Assembly: GCA_016180435.1 (NCBI GenBank) | Contig: JACPBG010000003.1 | Span: 13,791 to 77,790 of the forward strand | Source of the DNA: Candidatus Sungiibacteriota bacterium | Lineage (GTDB): Bacteria > Patescibacteriota > Minisyncoccia > Sungbacterales > HO2-52-23 | DNA: 64,000 nt | Direction: 5' to 3' | Shown: piece by piece, positions 39,370-47,644 of the stretch | Layout: each line of letters begins with the position of its first letter | Numbering within the stretch: the first letter of the stretch is position 1 | Program-made: the position numbers and the translations under genes | Notes under the pieces: model-generated | Databases searched by the model: none | Told to the model about the DNA's origin: nothing | The model's input: only the letters and a program-made list of their open reading frames with translations

Positions 39370-39577
39370 AATTCCGGCGCATGATGTCAAGGCAATTAAA
39401 ATAGTTATACAGCAGATGGAGGAGAATCCATATCTTGGTGATATTGTAAAGCTGGGGGGAGAAAATAATCGTTGGCGAAGACGCGCCGGAAATTATCGCC
39501 TTATGTATAACATTCTTTCCAAAGAAAGGATTATTTTTATTTATGATATTCGACGGCGTACCAGCAATACGTATTAA
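39320..39577 (+). CDS. RelE/ParE family toxin
   Basis: KL.G...WRRRAGNYRLMY...IRRR pattern. Confidence 0.88.
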   Translation: MNWNAVLTEVAIKHLDKIPAHDVKAIKIVIQQMEENPYLGDIVKLGGENNRWRRRAGNYRLMYNILSKERIIFIYDIRRRTSNTY

Positions 39578-39690
39578 AACGTTTCTTTTGACTGAAAAGA
39601 TTTGCCTCCAAATTTCCAGTTCCGGGGATTGACACGAAATAATCAGTATGTTACGTATAAACACATAAGTTCTTTGCATCGGAGGTAATT

Positions 39691-39948
39691 GTGGCTTCCC
39701 AAATACGCATTTTTTTGAAAAGTGCTTACTTTATTTTATGCGTTGATGCTATCGCACAAGGCGGGATTGTATCACTTCTGGTTTTTCGGGATCCCGCCCA
39801 ACTTTCGTATAGCCACGGCTGGGACGTATTTGCGCGGGCATTGTTTCTTTTAATGAGCATATGTTCGGCCGCGGGAGTGTCCATTTTGTGTTTTGCGTTC
39901 TTTTTCTCTTTTACATCGCTCTATAAAAGAGCATTTTTAATCAGTTAG
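39691..39948 (+). CDS. Small two-TM membrane protein (cargo 2 of the glyA array)
   Basis: GGAGGT RBS, GTG start and two hydrophobic segments. Confidence 0.55.
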   Translation: MASQIRIFLKSAYFILCVDAIAQGGIVSLLVFRDPAQLSYSHGWDVFARALFLLMSICSAAGVSILCFAFFFSFTSLYKRAFLIS

Positions 39949-40010
39949 GAAGCCATTTGCGCTTCCTATTTTATTTGACCCATTTTGCGGCTAATGATAT
40001 TATAAAAAAT

Positions 40011-40247
40011 ATGAATGTGGTTACTATTCCTCAAAAATTAGCGCAGAAAGGTGATTTGGTAGTAGTCCCTCGGCGGGAATATGAGGCGCTTTTACGCAGG
40101 CAGCCCAAACTTATTCCAGTCATAAAGTTGACCCCTCTTGAAATGCGGGCTATTGAAAAAAGCGAGAAAGAACTTGCACGCGGGGATTATGTAACTTTAG
40201 ATGAATTAGAACATGAGTTGGGAAGTGCGAATACCAAAAAACGTTAG
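40011..40247 (+). CDS. Putative antitoxin
   Basis: Paralog of 39136 (LVVVPRREYEAL...ELARGDYVTL). Confidence 0.75.
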   Translation: MNVVTIPQKLAQKGDLVVVPRREYEALLRRQPKLIPVIKLTPLEMRAIEKSEKELARGDYVTLDELEHELGSANTKKR

Positions 40248-40470
40248 GAAATGTATCAAGCGATTCCCCAAGGAAGATCGCGAACGCGTGATTGAAACGC
40301 TTCGCGATTTTGTTATTGATCCGTGGCGCGGGGATATCGCCAAAATTGGCGAAAAGGACAATTTATGGCGCCGACGGATCGGTAATTATCGCATTTCTTA
40401 CTCCATATTTATAAATTTGAACGTTGTTGAAATTAAAGACATTAAAAGGCGTACCAGCAATACGTATTAA
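40213..40470 (+). CDS. RelE/ParE family toxin
   Basis: WRRRIGNYRISY...RRTSNTY. Confidence 0.88.
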   Translation: MSWEVRIPKNVRKCIKRFPKEDRERVIETLRDFVIDPWRGDIAKIGEKDNLWRRRIGNYRISYSIFINLNVVEIKDIKRRTSNTY

Positions 40471-40609
40471 AACGTTTCTTTTGACTGAAAAGATTTGCCT
40501 CCAAATTTCCAGTTCCGGGAATCTGACCCGATTTTATTGACACCGGAACGGTTTAAATGCTATAAGTAGTTAAAGTTCTTTGCAATTTGTTTAGAGAAAG
40601 GAAAGAGTT

Positions 40610-41164
40610 ATGAATCATAAAAAAGGTCTTACTCTGATGGAGATGTTGATAGTTATGACTGTGATTGGGATTTTGGCAGCGATAATCGTGCCGAGATTGC
40701 AAGAACGTAATCCGTGGTCACCTCCGGAAGTATACGCTTTATTTAGCGGCGAGCACGAATTGCGGCGCATGGTTGAACGTGAGGGCGCTGCTGAAAGTCG
40801 TTTAAGCGGTAGCGGGTTTTTTGTTCTAGGAACCGGAGCGATAACGATTGAAGGTACAACCAAATCGGCAACCCATATCACGTTTGCGTGGAAACATCCA
40901 CATGGAAAGAAAACTTTTGTGATCAGCACCATGCCCATTGAAAAAATACAGCCGACGTTTGACGTTTCGGCAACCGTTCCGCGTATCCGGTTTCAACTGC
41001 ATCCGAATTGTGCAGGAGGTGTGGGAAATGTTCGTTGTCCGGAGTGGAAACTGAAAGAGTGGGGGCCGCAAGCGATGATTGATAGCGGGTACATCGTGTA
41101 TGCGACATTGTTTATAAGAGAAGAGGATTGGCCAACGAAAATTCAGTTGCCGCTTTCAAAATAG
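40610..41164 (+). CDS. Type IV pilin-like protein (cargo 3 of the glyA array)
   Basis: Prepilin motif KKG|LTLMEMLIVMTVIGILAAIIVP. Confidence 0.8.
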   Translation: MNHKKGLTLMEMLIVMTVIGILAAIIVPRLQERNPWSPPEVYALFSGEHELRRMVEREGAAESRLSGSGFFVLGTGAITIEGTTKSATHITFAWKHPHGKKTFVISTMPIEKIQPTFDVSATVPRIRFQLHPNCAGGVGNVRCPEWKLKEWGPQAMIDSGYIVYATLFIREEDWPTKIQLPLSK

Positions 41165-41249
41165 AATATAAAGGAAGCCCTCGCGCTTCCTATTTTATTT
41201 GATTTTATGCAAATTTTATGCTATTTAAAGGTAGTGTAATGTATCAGGC

Positions 41250-41532
41250 GTGAAGCGCTACACTAAGAAAATTTTAAGTGAGTCAAAACGGTTGAGGCGT
41301 TTTGTTTTCGAAGCGATGGGGGGCGTTAAATCATGTTTTCCGCCTTAGGCGGACACAATAAGAAAATATCTAAGCGGAGTCATGGGCGGTTGAGGATGTT
41401 TGATTTTAGACAATGGGAGGTCCGATTTGCTTGGTTCCGCCGAAGGCGGAAAATCGGACTGACCTTTAGTGAGGCGGCCGCTGGGAGCCGCCGAATCGTG
41501 TCTAAAATCAAATATCCGAAAACCGCCATACG
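41250..41532 (-). repeat. Structured element copy D plus one tandem half copy
   Basis: Full copy at about 41356-41532 shows the reverse-complement motifs GACAAT, GCTTGG, TGACCTTTA, CGCTGG and GTGTC. Half copy at about 41261-41353. Confidence 0.85.
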
Positions 41533-41541
41533 AAGCGATCT

Positions 41542-42399
41542 ATGATTTTACTTGACGGGAAAAAACTGGCGGAAAAAATTCTGGATGAGGTGAAAAAGGA
41601 TGTTGCGGGATTGGATGAAAAACCGCGTCTGGCTATTGTGCTGGTGGGCAAAAATACGGCCATTGAGAAATTTATTGAACAAAAAAAGAAGGCCGCGAAG
41701 TCGGTCGGTATTGACGTGTGCATATATCCGTTTGATCAGGCCATAAGTACGAACGAACTCCGTAAGCGTCTTTCCGAAATAGTGCATGAGAAAAAAAATA
41801 CCGGTGTGATTGTGCAGTTACCTTTGCCGGAACAAATTCATGTTCAGTATATTTTAAATGCCATTACGCCCGAAAAAGATGTGGATGTATTATCTTCCCG
41901 CGCGATTGGGAATTTTTCCACCGGACGAAGCAAAATCATGCCGCCGGTTGCAGGCGCCATAAAAGCACTGTTTGAGGAATACGGAATTGATTATAAAAAT
42001 AAGCATGTAGTAATTTTGGGCGCCGGAAATCTGGTTGGAAAGCCGACGGCATTATGGTTGCTCAATGAAAAGGCGACATTTAGCGTTATACGCAGTTCCA
42101 CTCGGCATCCGGAAGAATTTTTGCAGCAAGCCGATATAATAATATCCGGAATCGGTAAACCGGGATTTATCACGGGAAACATGATAAAGGACGGCGCGGT
42201 TTTAATAGATGCCGGAACTTCGGAATCCGAAGGCCCCTCGACCGGGCTCGGGGTAAAAAAATTAGTTGGTGACGTTGATTTTGAGTCAGTTGCCGCCAAA
42301 TGTTCATTTCTTACTCCGGTTCCGGGTGGCGTAGGTCCACTGACAGTTGCGCTACTTTTTAAAAATTTAGTTGCGATATCCCCCCATGAATATCCTTGA
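41542..42399 (+). CDS. folD: Methylenetetrahydrofolate dehydrogenase/cyclohydrolase
   Basis: VQLPLP, KDVD, VGKP, GDVDF and TPVPGGVGP motifs. Confidence 0.95.
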   Translation: MILLDGKKLAEKILDEVKKDVAGLDEKPRLAIVLVGKNTAIEKFIEQKKKAAKSVGIDVCIYPFDQAISTNELRKRLSEIVHEKKNTGVIVQLPLPEQIHVQYILNAITPEKDVDVLSSRAIGNFSTGRSKIMPPVAGAIKALFEEYGIDYKNKHVVILGAGNLVGKPTALWLLNEKATFSVIRSSTRHPEEFLQQADIIISGIGKPGFITGNMIKDGAVLIDAGTSESEGPSTGLGVKKLVGDVDFESVAAKCSFLTPVPGGVGPLTVALLFKNLVAISPHEYP

Positions 42400-42961
42400 T
42401 TTAGAACTATTTAGTATTTTAAACTCTTTAGCCGGAATTAATGAATTTTGGGATGGGATAATTATCTTTCTGGCAAGTTGGACTCTTTATTTTATGATAG
42501 CGGGCGTGGTTATTTTTCCAATTATTCCGTATATATCTTCAGGGTTTTACGGATTTTGGCGAAAGAATAAAGAATTTTTTTTGACAGCCCTGCTGTCGTC
42601 TTTTATCGCGCGGTTTTTATTGACGGAATTAATCCGGATTTTATATTATCGCCCCCGGCCATTTTCTATCGCGCCGGAAATTTTAGCCAAAAGCCAGGTC
42701 TATGTAATCCAGCTTCTGCCCCATGCCAGTAGTTCGTCTTTTCCTTCGGGGCATGCGGCATTTGCTTTTGCATTGGCTTTTGCGGTCTATTACTATTATC
42801 CGCGGCTGGGCGGAGTATTTTTTGCCGTAGCGATTTTAATGGGTGCGGCGCGGGTGGCAGCCGGAGTGCACTGGCCCCTGGATATTTTAGGCGGCGCGGT
42901 TGCGGGGATTGGATCGGCATGGCTACTGTGTGTTCTACGTGATTGGTATTTTAAAAAATAA
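42386..42961 (+). CDS. PAP2 family phosphatase (BcrC-like)
   Basis: RPRP, SFPSGH and ARVAAGVHWPLD motifs. Confidence 0.9.
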   Translation: MNILDLELFSILNSLAGINEFWDGIIIFLASWTLYFMIAGVVIFPIIPYISSGFYGFWRKNKEFFLTALLSSFIARFLLTELIRILYYRPRPFSIAPEILAKSQVYVIQLLPHASSSSFPSGHAAFAFALAFAVYYYYPRLGGVFFAVAILMGAARVAAGVHWPLDILGGAVAGIGSAWLLCVLRDWYFKK

Positions 42962-43297
42962 AGCCCCGTCGGGGCCTAACATATAAGTTTTCTAATTGTT
43001 CGGTGGTCAGCCTTCGGTTTTTCCGGGGGTTGTTTTATATGGAGTAAATCGCACATTTTGTAAAACATACATTGTTTCGGCGCGTTTGAAATGCATTTTT
43101 TTGCATGATCACAGGGCTTCTCCGCATAACGAAAATCAAAATCATGCGAGCTTCGGCTCATTATTTACTCATTTTTCGGGTACTTCTGCTGTTTTAGCAA
43201 ATTCTTGCGGGGAAAGCAATACTACACGCCGTTTGACAATGCAGGAAAGCGGTTTTACTATATATTCAGTACCTTTAATTCACGGAGATGTTTTTCC

Positions 43298-43855
43298 ATG
43301 AAATTATTTACCGAGTCAAAAATTCTTTGGGGGAGTTTTCTCAAATCCACCGTTCTTAAGGCGCTTGGCATAGTTCTCATGTCGCTGGGCATGCTTGCCT
43401 TATTTGGGGCGCTATTTTTATTCGCATCACGTTTATTTGCGGCTGAAATTTCACTTGTGCCCAAGTGTGTCCCATTTTCTATGTCAGAAGTTCCGGATGA
43501 GACCAGGCCGGAGTGGAAGTTTATGTATGAATGGAAAGTTGATGATGACCGCACAGGATTTATGTATGAAATTGATTCCGGATTTCATCTCGGCGTGTGG
43601 TATCATTTTGGGAAACTTGCACACAAGGCATGGGCTTGTGACGCGTCGGAGAATAACGGAAAACATCCGTTGGACAAAGCCGATCATATGATTTCAATCT
43701 TTCTGGAAGACGGAACATGGTCAATTCCGGTTTATGCCCAGCGGCCCGAGCGTATGAATTTATACGCAGGATCGGTTCTCTCCGGATATTTTTTATATCT
43801 CCGGGATAAAGATGGCAATATAGTCGCGTGGCGAACTATTGAACGCCCAAAGTAA
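43298..43855 (+). CDS. Hypothetical membrane-anchored protein
   Basis: Hydrophobic N-terminal segment, GGAG RBS and upstream TTGACA. Confidence 0.55.
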   Translation: MKLFTESKILWGSFLKSTVLKALGIVLMSLGMLALFGALFLFASRLFAAEISLVPKCVPFSMSEVPDETRPEWKFMYEWKVDDDRTGFMYEIDSGFHLGVWYHFGKLAHKAWACDASENNGKHPLDKADHMISIFLEDGTWSIPVYAQRPERMNLYAGSVLSGYFLYLRDKDGNIVAWRTIERPK

Positions 43856-43927
43856 AACCGTTCCTTTTGGAGCGGATTTTTATTGATTTTTTTGAATTTT
43901 ACATTACAATGGGAAAGTATAGAAGAC

Positions 43928-44010
43928 GGGCGAGTGGCGGAATGGTTTACGCGCACGACTCAAAATCGTGTGGTCGAAAGGCCGTGTGGGTTCGAATCCC
44001 ACCTCGCCCA
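43928..44010 (+). tRNA. tRNA-Leu(CAA), CCA not encoded
   Basis: Acceptor GGGCGAG/CTCGCCC, anticodon arm CACGA-CTCAAAA-TCGTG, long variable arm and GGTTCGAATCC T-loop. Confidence 0.95.
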
Positions 44011-44024
44011 ATTAGTATTTTTTT

Positions 44025-44801
44025 ATGGCCAGAATCATCACATTATGTAATCAAAAAGGCGGGGTGGGGAAATCAACATCGGCTCAAAACCTTTCGGTTT
44101 TTTTGGCGGCACTTGGAAAAAAAGTGCTATTGGTTGATTTTGATCCGCAAGCCAATACCACGTCTGGCCTTGGTTTTAACCCGCGCAAAATAGAAAAAAG
44201 CATTTATCATGCGCTTATCGGGAAAATTACCGCTAGCGACGCCGTAAAAAAAAGCGGGATTCTGGCTGTTGATATTTTGCCGGCATCTCCTGCGCTTGCC
44301 GGCGCGTCGGTGGAACTTGTTGACATGCGCAGCCGAGAGTATAAACTAAAAGAAATCCTTGAGCCGTTGCGCCGGAAATACGACTTTATTATAATTGATT
44401 CTCCGCCGAGTTTAGGGCTTCTTACCATAAACGCGCTTACCGCATCGCAAAAGGTGGTTATCCCGGTGCAGTGCGAATATTACGCCCTGGAGGGCCTTGC
44501 TGATCTGCTCCGTACTATACAGCTTGTTAATTCCAATTTGAAAACCCGTACCGCTATTTTAGGAGCGCTTCTCACCATGTATGACCGGAAATCGCGTTTG
44601 CATCGCGCAGTAGCCAAAGAAATCCGGCGTAAATTCCCGGGATACGTGTTTGAGGCCGTGATTCCGCGAAACATAAGTTTGGCCGAAGCCCCGTCATTTG
44701 GTAAAACAATTTTGCAATATGATCCGTATTCGCACGGAGCCAAAGCGTATAGGCAATTGGCGGAAGAGATATTGAGGTTGGAGGGAATAAGAAAAATATG
44801 A
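44025..44801 (+). CDS. parA: ParA/Soj ATPase
   Basis: NQKGGVGKS, DFDPQAN, DSPPSLG and LAEAPS motifs. Confidence 0.95.
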   Translation: MARIITLCNQKGGVGKSTSAQNLSVFLAALGKKVLLVDFDPQANTTSGLGFNPRKIEKSIYHALIGKITASDAVKKSGILAVDILPASPALAGASVELVDMRSREYKLKEILEPLRRKYDFIIIDSPPSLGLLTINALTASQKVVIPVQCEYYALEGLADLLRTIQLVNSNLKTRTAILGALLTMYDRKSRLHRAVAKEIRRKFPGYVFEAVIPRNISLAEAPSFGKTILQYDPYSHGAKAYRQLAEEILRLEGIRKI

Positions 44802-44993
44802 TGCCAATCTACAAATCTTATGCCAATTTGGCGAATTGCGAATCGTTACTATTTGAGCTTGCTTGCCTCGCTGTAGCGAGAGCGAAGCGGGTCGATAATA
44901 TACATTTAAGGCATCTTCTCGATTTCACTTAAAGAATAAGTATTTGCAATTTGTAGATTAGCATTAAATTCGCATCGGATTGGCATCACATTT

Positions 44994-46028
44994 ATGGAGT
45001 CATTAGGAAGAGGTCTTGAATCCTTAATTCCCGATAGGGGGCCGGAAGAAATTCCGGCGGATTTGGGCGCGGAAAATAGTGAGGATAAAATTACTCCGGA
45101 ATCCGAACACAATTTAACTGCCAGGGCGGGAACGCCCGCATCTCCTCTGGCATCGCTCGGCGCGTCACAGCGCGCTACTTTTCATGATAATTTCCAGCCC
45201 AAAAAAACCGATTCGGTTTTTTGGATTGAAATAGATAAGATTGAATCCAACCCTTATCAGCCGCGCCGCGAATTTAACGAGGGCGCGTTGAAGGATCTCG
45301 CCATGTCCATACGCGAGCATGGATTATTGCAGCCGATTTTGGTTTCCAAGCAAGAGATCGAGACCCAAACCGGACTGGATGTCAGGTATCAATTGATTGC
45401 TGGAGAAAGAAGGTGGCGCGCGGCGACGCTTGCCGGACTTTCGCAAATTCCGGCTGTGATCAGGCGCGGCGTGCCGGATAATCGCCTGAAATTGGAATTG
45501 GCTTTGATTGAAAATGTTCAGCGTGAGGACTTAAATCCCATGGAGCGCGCGCGGGCCTTCAAGCAATTAGTTGATGAGTTCCATCTGATGCAAAAAGAAA
45601 TTGCCGAGCGTATTGGCAAATCGCGCGAAACCGTGGCCAACACTTTAAGGCTTTTAACCCTTCCTGCAGACATCCAGCAAGGGTTGCATGAGGGGCGTAT
45701 TACCGAGGGACATGCGCGCGCGGTTTTAATTGCCGGGGATGATCAAACCAAACAATTTGAAGTATATAATGCGATCTTAATGGATCGTTTGAATGTGCGC
45801 GAGGCGGAAAATCGCGCACGGCATGTGTCCGGCAAAGCGTTTACCCCGCGCAAGCGCCCTTCGGCAGTGCAGGACCCGGAACTTCGCCGTTGGCAGAATG
45901 AATTGCAGGAGCGTTTGGGAACCAAAGTGCGTTTGGAAAAATTGGGCGACCGCGGAAAAATTATTGTTGAGTTCTATTCCGACGAAGAGCTTCAAGGGCT
46001 GTTGGGCAAATTAATACACGAAACATAA
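44994..46028 (+). CDS. parB: ParB/Spo0J
   Basis: LGRGL, NPYQPR, AGERRWRA, ENVQREDL and an HTH. Confidence 0.95.
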   Translation: MESLGRGLESLIPDRGPEEIPADLGAENSEDKITPESEHNLTARAGTPASPLASLGASQRATFHDNFQPKKTDSVFWIEIDKIESNPYQPRREFNEGALKDLAMSIREHGLLQPILVSKQEIETQTGLDVRYQLIAGERRWRAATLAGLSQIPAVIRRGVPDNRLKLELALIENVQREDLNPMERARAFKQLVDEFHLMQKEIAERIGKSRETVANTLRLLTLPADIQQGLHEGRITEGHARAVLIAGDDQTKQFEVYNAILMDRLNVREAENRARHVSGKAFTPRKRPSAVQDPELRRWQNELQERLGTKVRLEKLGDRGKIIVEFYSDEELQGLLGKLIHET

Positions 46029-46036
46029 ATTTGATG

Positions 46037-46129
46037 GCGGAATTTTATCCCCACACCAAATTTGGTGTGGGGGTTTGTTTGGATGAGGAACTTAGGGGAA
46101 TACTTGACAAATTGATCAGAGAGGTGTAG
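46037..46129 (+). pseudogene. parB 3'-end remnant 1, interrupted by a palindrome
   Basis: Reads AEFY[CCCCACACCAAATTTGGTGTGGGG]..DEELRGILDKLIREV*. Contains TTGACA-17-TAGATT. Confidence 0.8.
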
Positions 46130-46161
46130 ATTTATTGTGGTTCATTGCTGGGAGTTTATTT

Positions 46162-46458
46162 ATGCGAAACTTGTGGAAGTTATTGTTAGATCTTTTTGGT
46201 TTAACTAAAAATTATTATCCTTCTTTCAGTCCTGGTGAAACCTTGTTGGTAGAAGAAGGCGGACGGCTACTCTTTGGGGTAGTAGAACAGGTTACCGGTC
46301 GTCATGAGTTCGATAGGGTGTTGTTTAAGTATTCAACAACTTCAAGTTTTAGCGCCAATCTGCCTTTTTTTGTTACCATGGTTCGGCAAAAGGTTTCATT
46401 GGCGGATGTCTTGACTAAGGCCAATCAGCTCCCCAATCCGTATCTTAAAACAATTTAG
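46162..46458 (+). CDS. Hypothetical protein (cargo)
   Basis: GGGAG RBS and the terminator TCGGCTCTCGGGCCGA plus T-run. Confidence 0.55.
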   Translation: MRNLWKLLLDLFGLTKNYYPSFSPGETLLVEEGGRLLFGVVEQVTGRHEFDRVLFKYSTTSSFSANLPFFVTMVRQKVSLADVLTKANQLPNPYLKTI

Positions 46459-46529
46459 TCGTTGATCTAATCGGCTCTCGGGCCGATTTTTTTGTTTGAC
46501 ATTTTTGGCTGGTAAGTTATACTAAAATT

Positions 46530-46751
46530 ATGAAGCGGTTTACAACCCCTATCATTGATGTAAAAAAATATGGCGGAAAACAGGTGGCGATTGTGAAAGG
46601 AAAAATTGTGGCTTCCGGTATCACCACCCGGGAGGTGTTGGAGAATGCCAGAAAAAAACTTCCGCATGCGACTTGGCGCGATATTCTCTTGGTGAGCGTT
46701 CCTATAATTTTATCCCCACACCTTTCCAGAGTATTTCATAGGAAGGTGTGA
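46530..46751 (+). CDS. DUF5678-like protein with its 3' end disrupted by a palindromic element
   Basis: Paralog of 35696. No protease partner. Palindrome at 46714-46753. Confidence 0.6.
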   Translation: MKRFTTPIIDVKKYGGKQVAIVKGKIVASGITTREVLENARKKLPHATWRDILLVSVPIILSPHLSRVFHRKV

Positions 46752-46774
46752 GGATTTATTAATTTGGGTGTAAG

Positions 46775-46852
46775 CGCGGAAAAATCATGACTGAGTTTTA
46801 TTCGGATGAGGAACTAAGAGGCATACTTGACAAATTAATAAGGGAGGTGTAA
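46775..46852 (+). pseudogene. parB 3'-end remnant 2
   Basis: RGKIMTEFYSDEELRGILDKLIREV* versus ParB RGKIIVEFYSDEELQGLLGKLIHET*. Contains TTGACA-17-TAATCT. Confidence 0.85.
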
Positions 46853-46885
46853 TCTGTGTGTAGCTATTTGGAAAGGTGAATCGCA

Positions 46886-47248
46886 ATGGAAGAACAAATG
46901 TTGGTTGCTCCGACTTCGGAAGATTTAAGGTTATCCGACTTTATTAAGGGTGAGTTCGTGCGGTGGCATGAAAAAGGAGTAGAACATTTTGGGATAGTGG
47001 CCGAAATAAATTTAGGTGAATCTCAGGTTTTGGCGGTTCAAGGTGGGAATCCTTTCCCCACTTGTTTCTTTTATTTTGCGACGTCAGAACAGCGGGTTCG
47101 CAATAAGGAGGTAGACCTGCGAAAGACGACTTTGGGTGAGTTTCTGATAGATTCGAACACGATATCTAGGAATTACTCGGACTGTTCTAAAAAATATAAC
47201 GAAGTCGTCGATTCATTGGCAGTTCTTTTGCGTGCTGTAAATCATTAA
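46886..47248 (+). CDS. Hypothetical protein (cargo)
   Basis: GAAAGG RBS and the terminator TCGGTCCTCGGGCCGA plus T-run. Confidence 0.55.
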   Translation: MEEQMLVAPTSEDLRLSDFIKGEFVRWHEKGVEHFGIVAEINLGESQVLAVQGGNPFPTCFFYFATSEQRVRNKEVDLRKTTLGEFLIDSNTISRNYSDCSKKYNEVVDSLAVLLRAVNH

Positions 47249-47298
47249 CAGTTCGGTCCTCGGGCCGATTTTTTATAGTTTAAATAATAGCCAGGCTC

Positions 47299-47644
47299 AA
47301 AGCCCTACCTGTCGGTAGGTAGGGCTACCATAAGCAAACCTTTTAAGCGAGCGTTGCGGCCGAAGGTATTTTCTATTTTAGACAATGGGAGGATAAAATT
47401 GCTTGCCCCGCACCAAATTTTGACTGCCGCTTTCGTTTCCATCCAAGCAAATATGAACATCTGTTAAGAAATACAGAATATGTCCCGCCAGCTTATTCGA
47501 GGTGGCACGGAAACGGTCAAAATTTTGATGACGGGGCTTGGCTTGTGCGAAGCGCAAAAATTTGTCCGACCCTTAGCGAGGCCGCCGCAGGAGCGGCCGA
47601 GACGTGTCTAAAATAGGAAATACCCGAGAAGCCGCATCAGCGAG
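47299..47644 (-). repeat. Structured element copy E, containing a 131 bp secondary insertion
   Basis: Starts right after the relA/spoT stop and has the same motifs. CCCCGCACCAAATTTT...AAAATTTTGATGACGGGG is inserted at 47406-47536. Confidence 0.85.

Larger units (their letters stand above)
38702..41202 (+). repeat. Interspersed direct repeats delimiting cassettes
   Basis: 38702-38755 = 39622-39675 (54 bp). 39072-39143 = 39947-40018 (72 bp), with a partial third copy at 41172-41202. 39555-39626 = 40448-40519 (72 bp). Confidence 0.92.

Noticed and set aside
38702-41202. Classical integron with attC sites
   Set aside because: No RYYYAAC...GTTRRRY attC structure at the junctions and no IntI in the window. 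The cassettes carry their own promoters and terminators.
42962-43297. Another copy of the structured element in this intergenic region
   Set aside because: Only weak tail-like words and short stems. The CCWGCG and CCAWGC motifs and the long outer stem are missing.
44802-44993. parS site or small gene between parA and parB
   Set aside because: No TGTTTCACGTGAAACA-like palindrome. Only inverted short-period repeats and a small REP-like hairpin are present.
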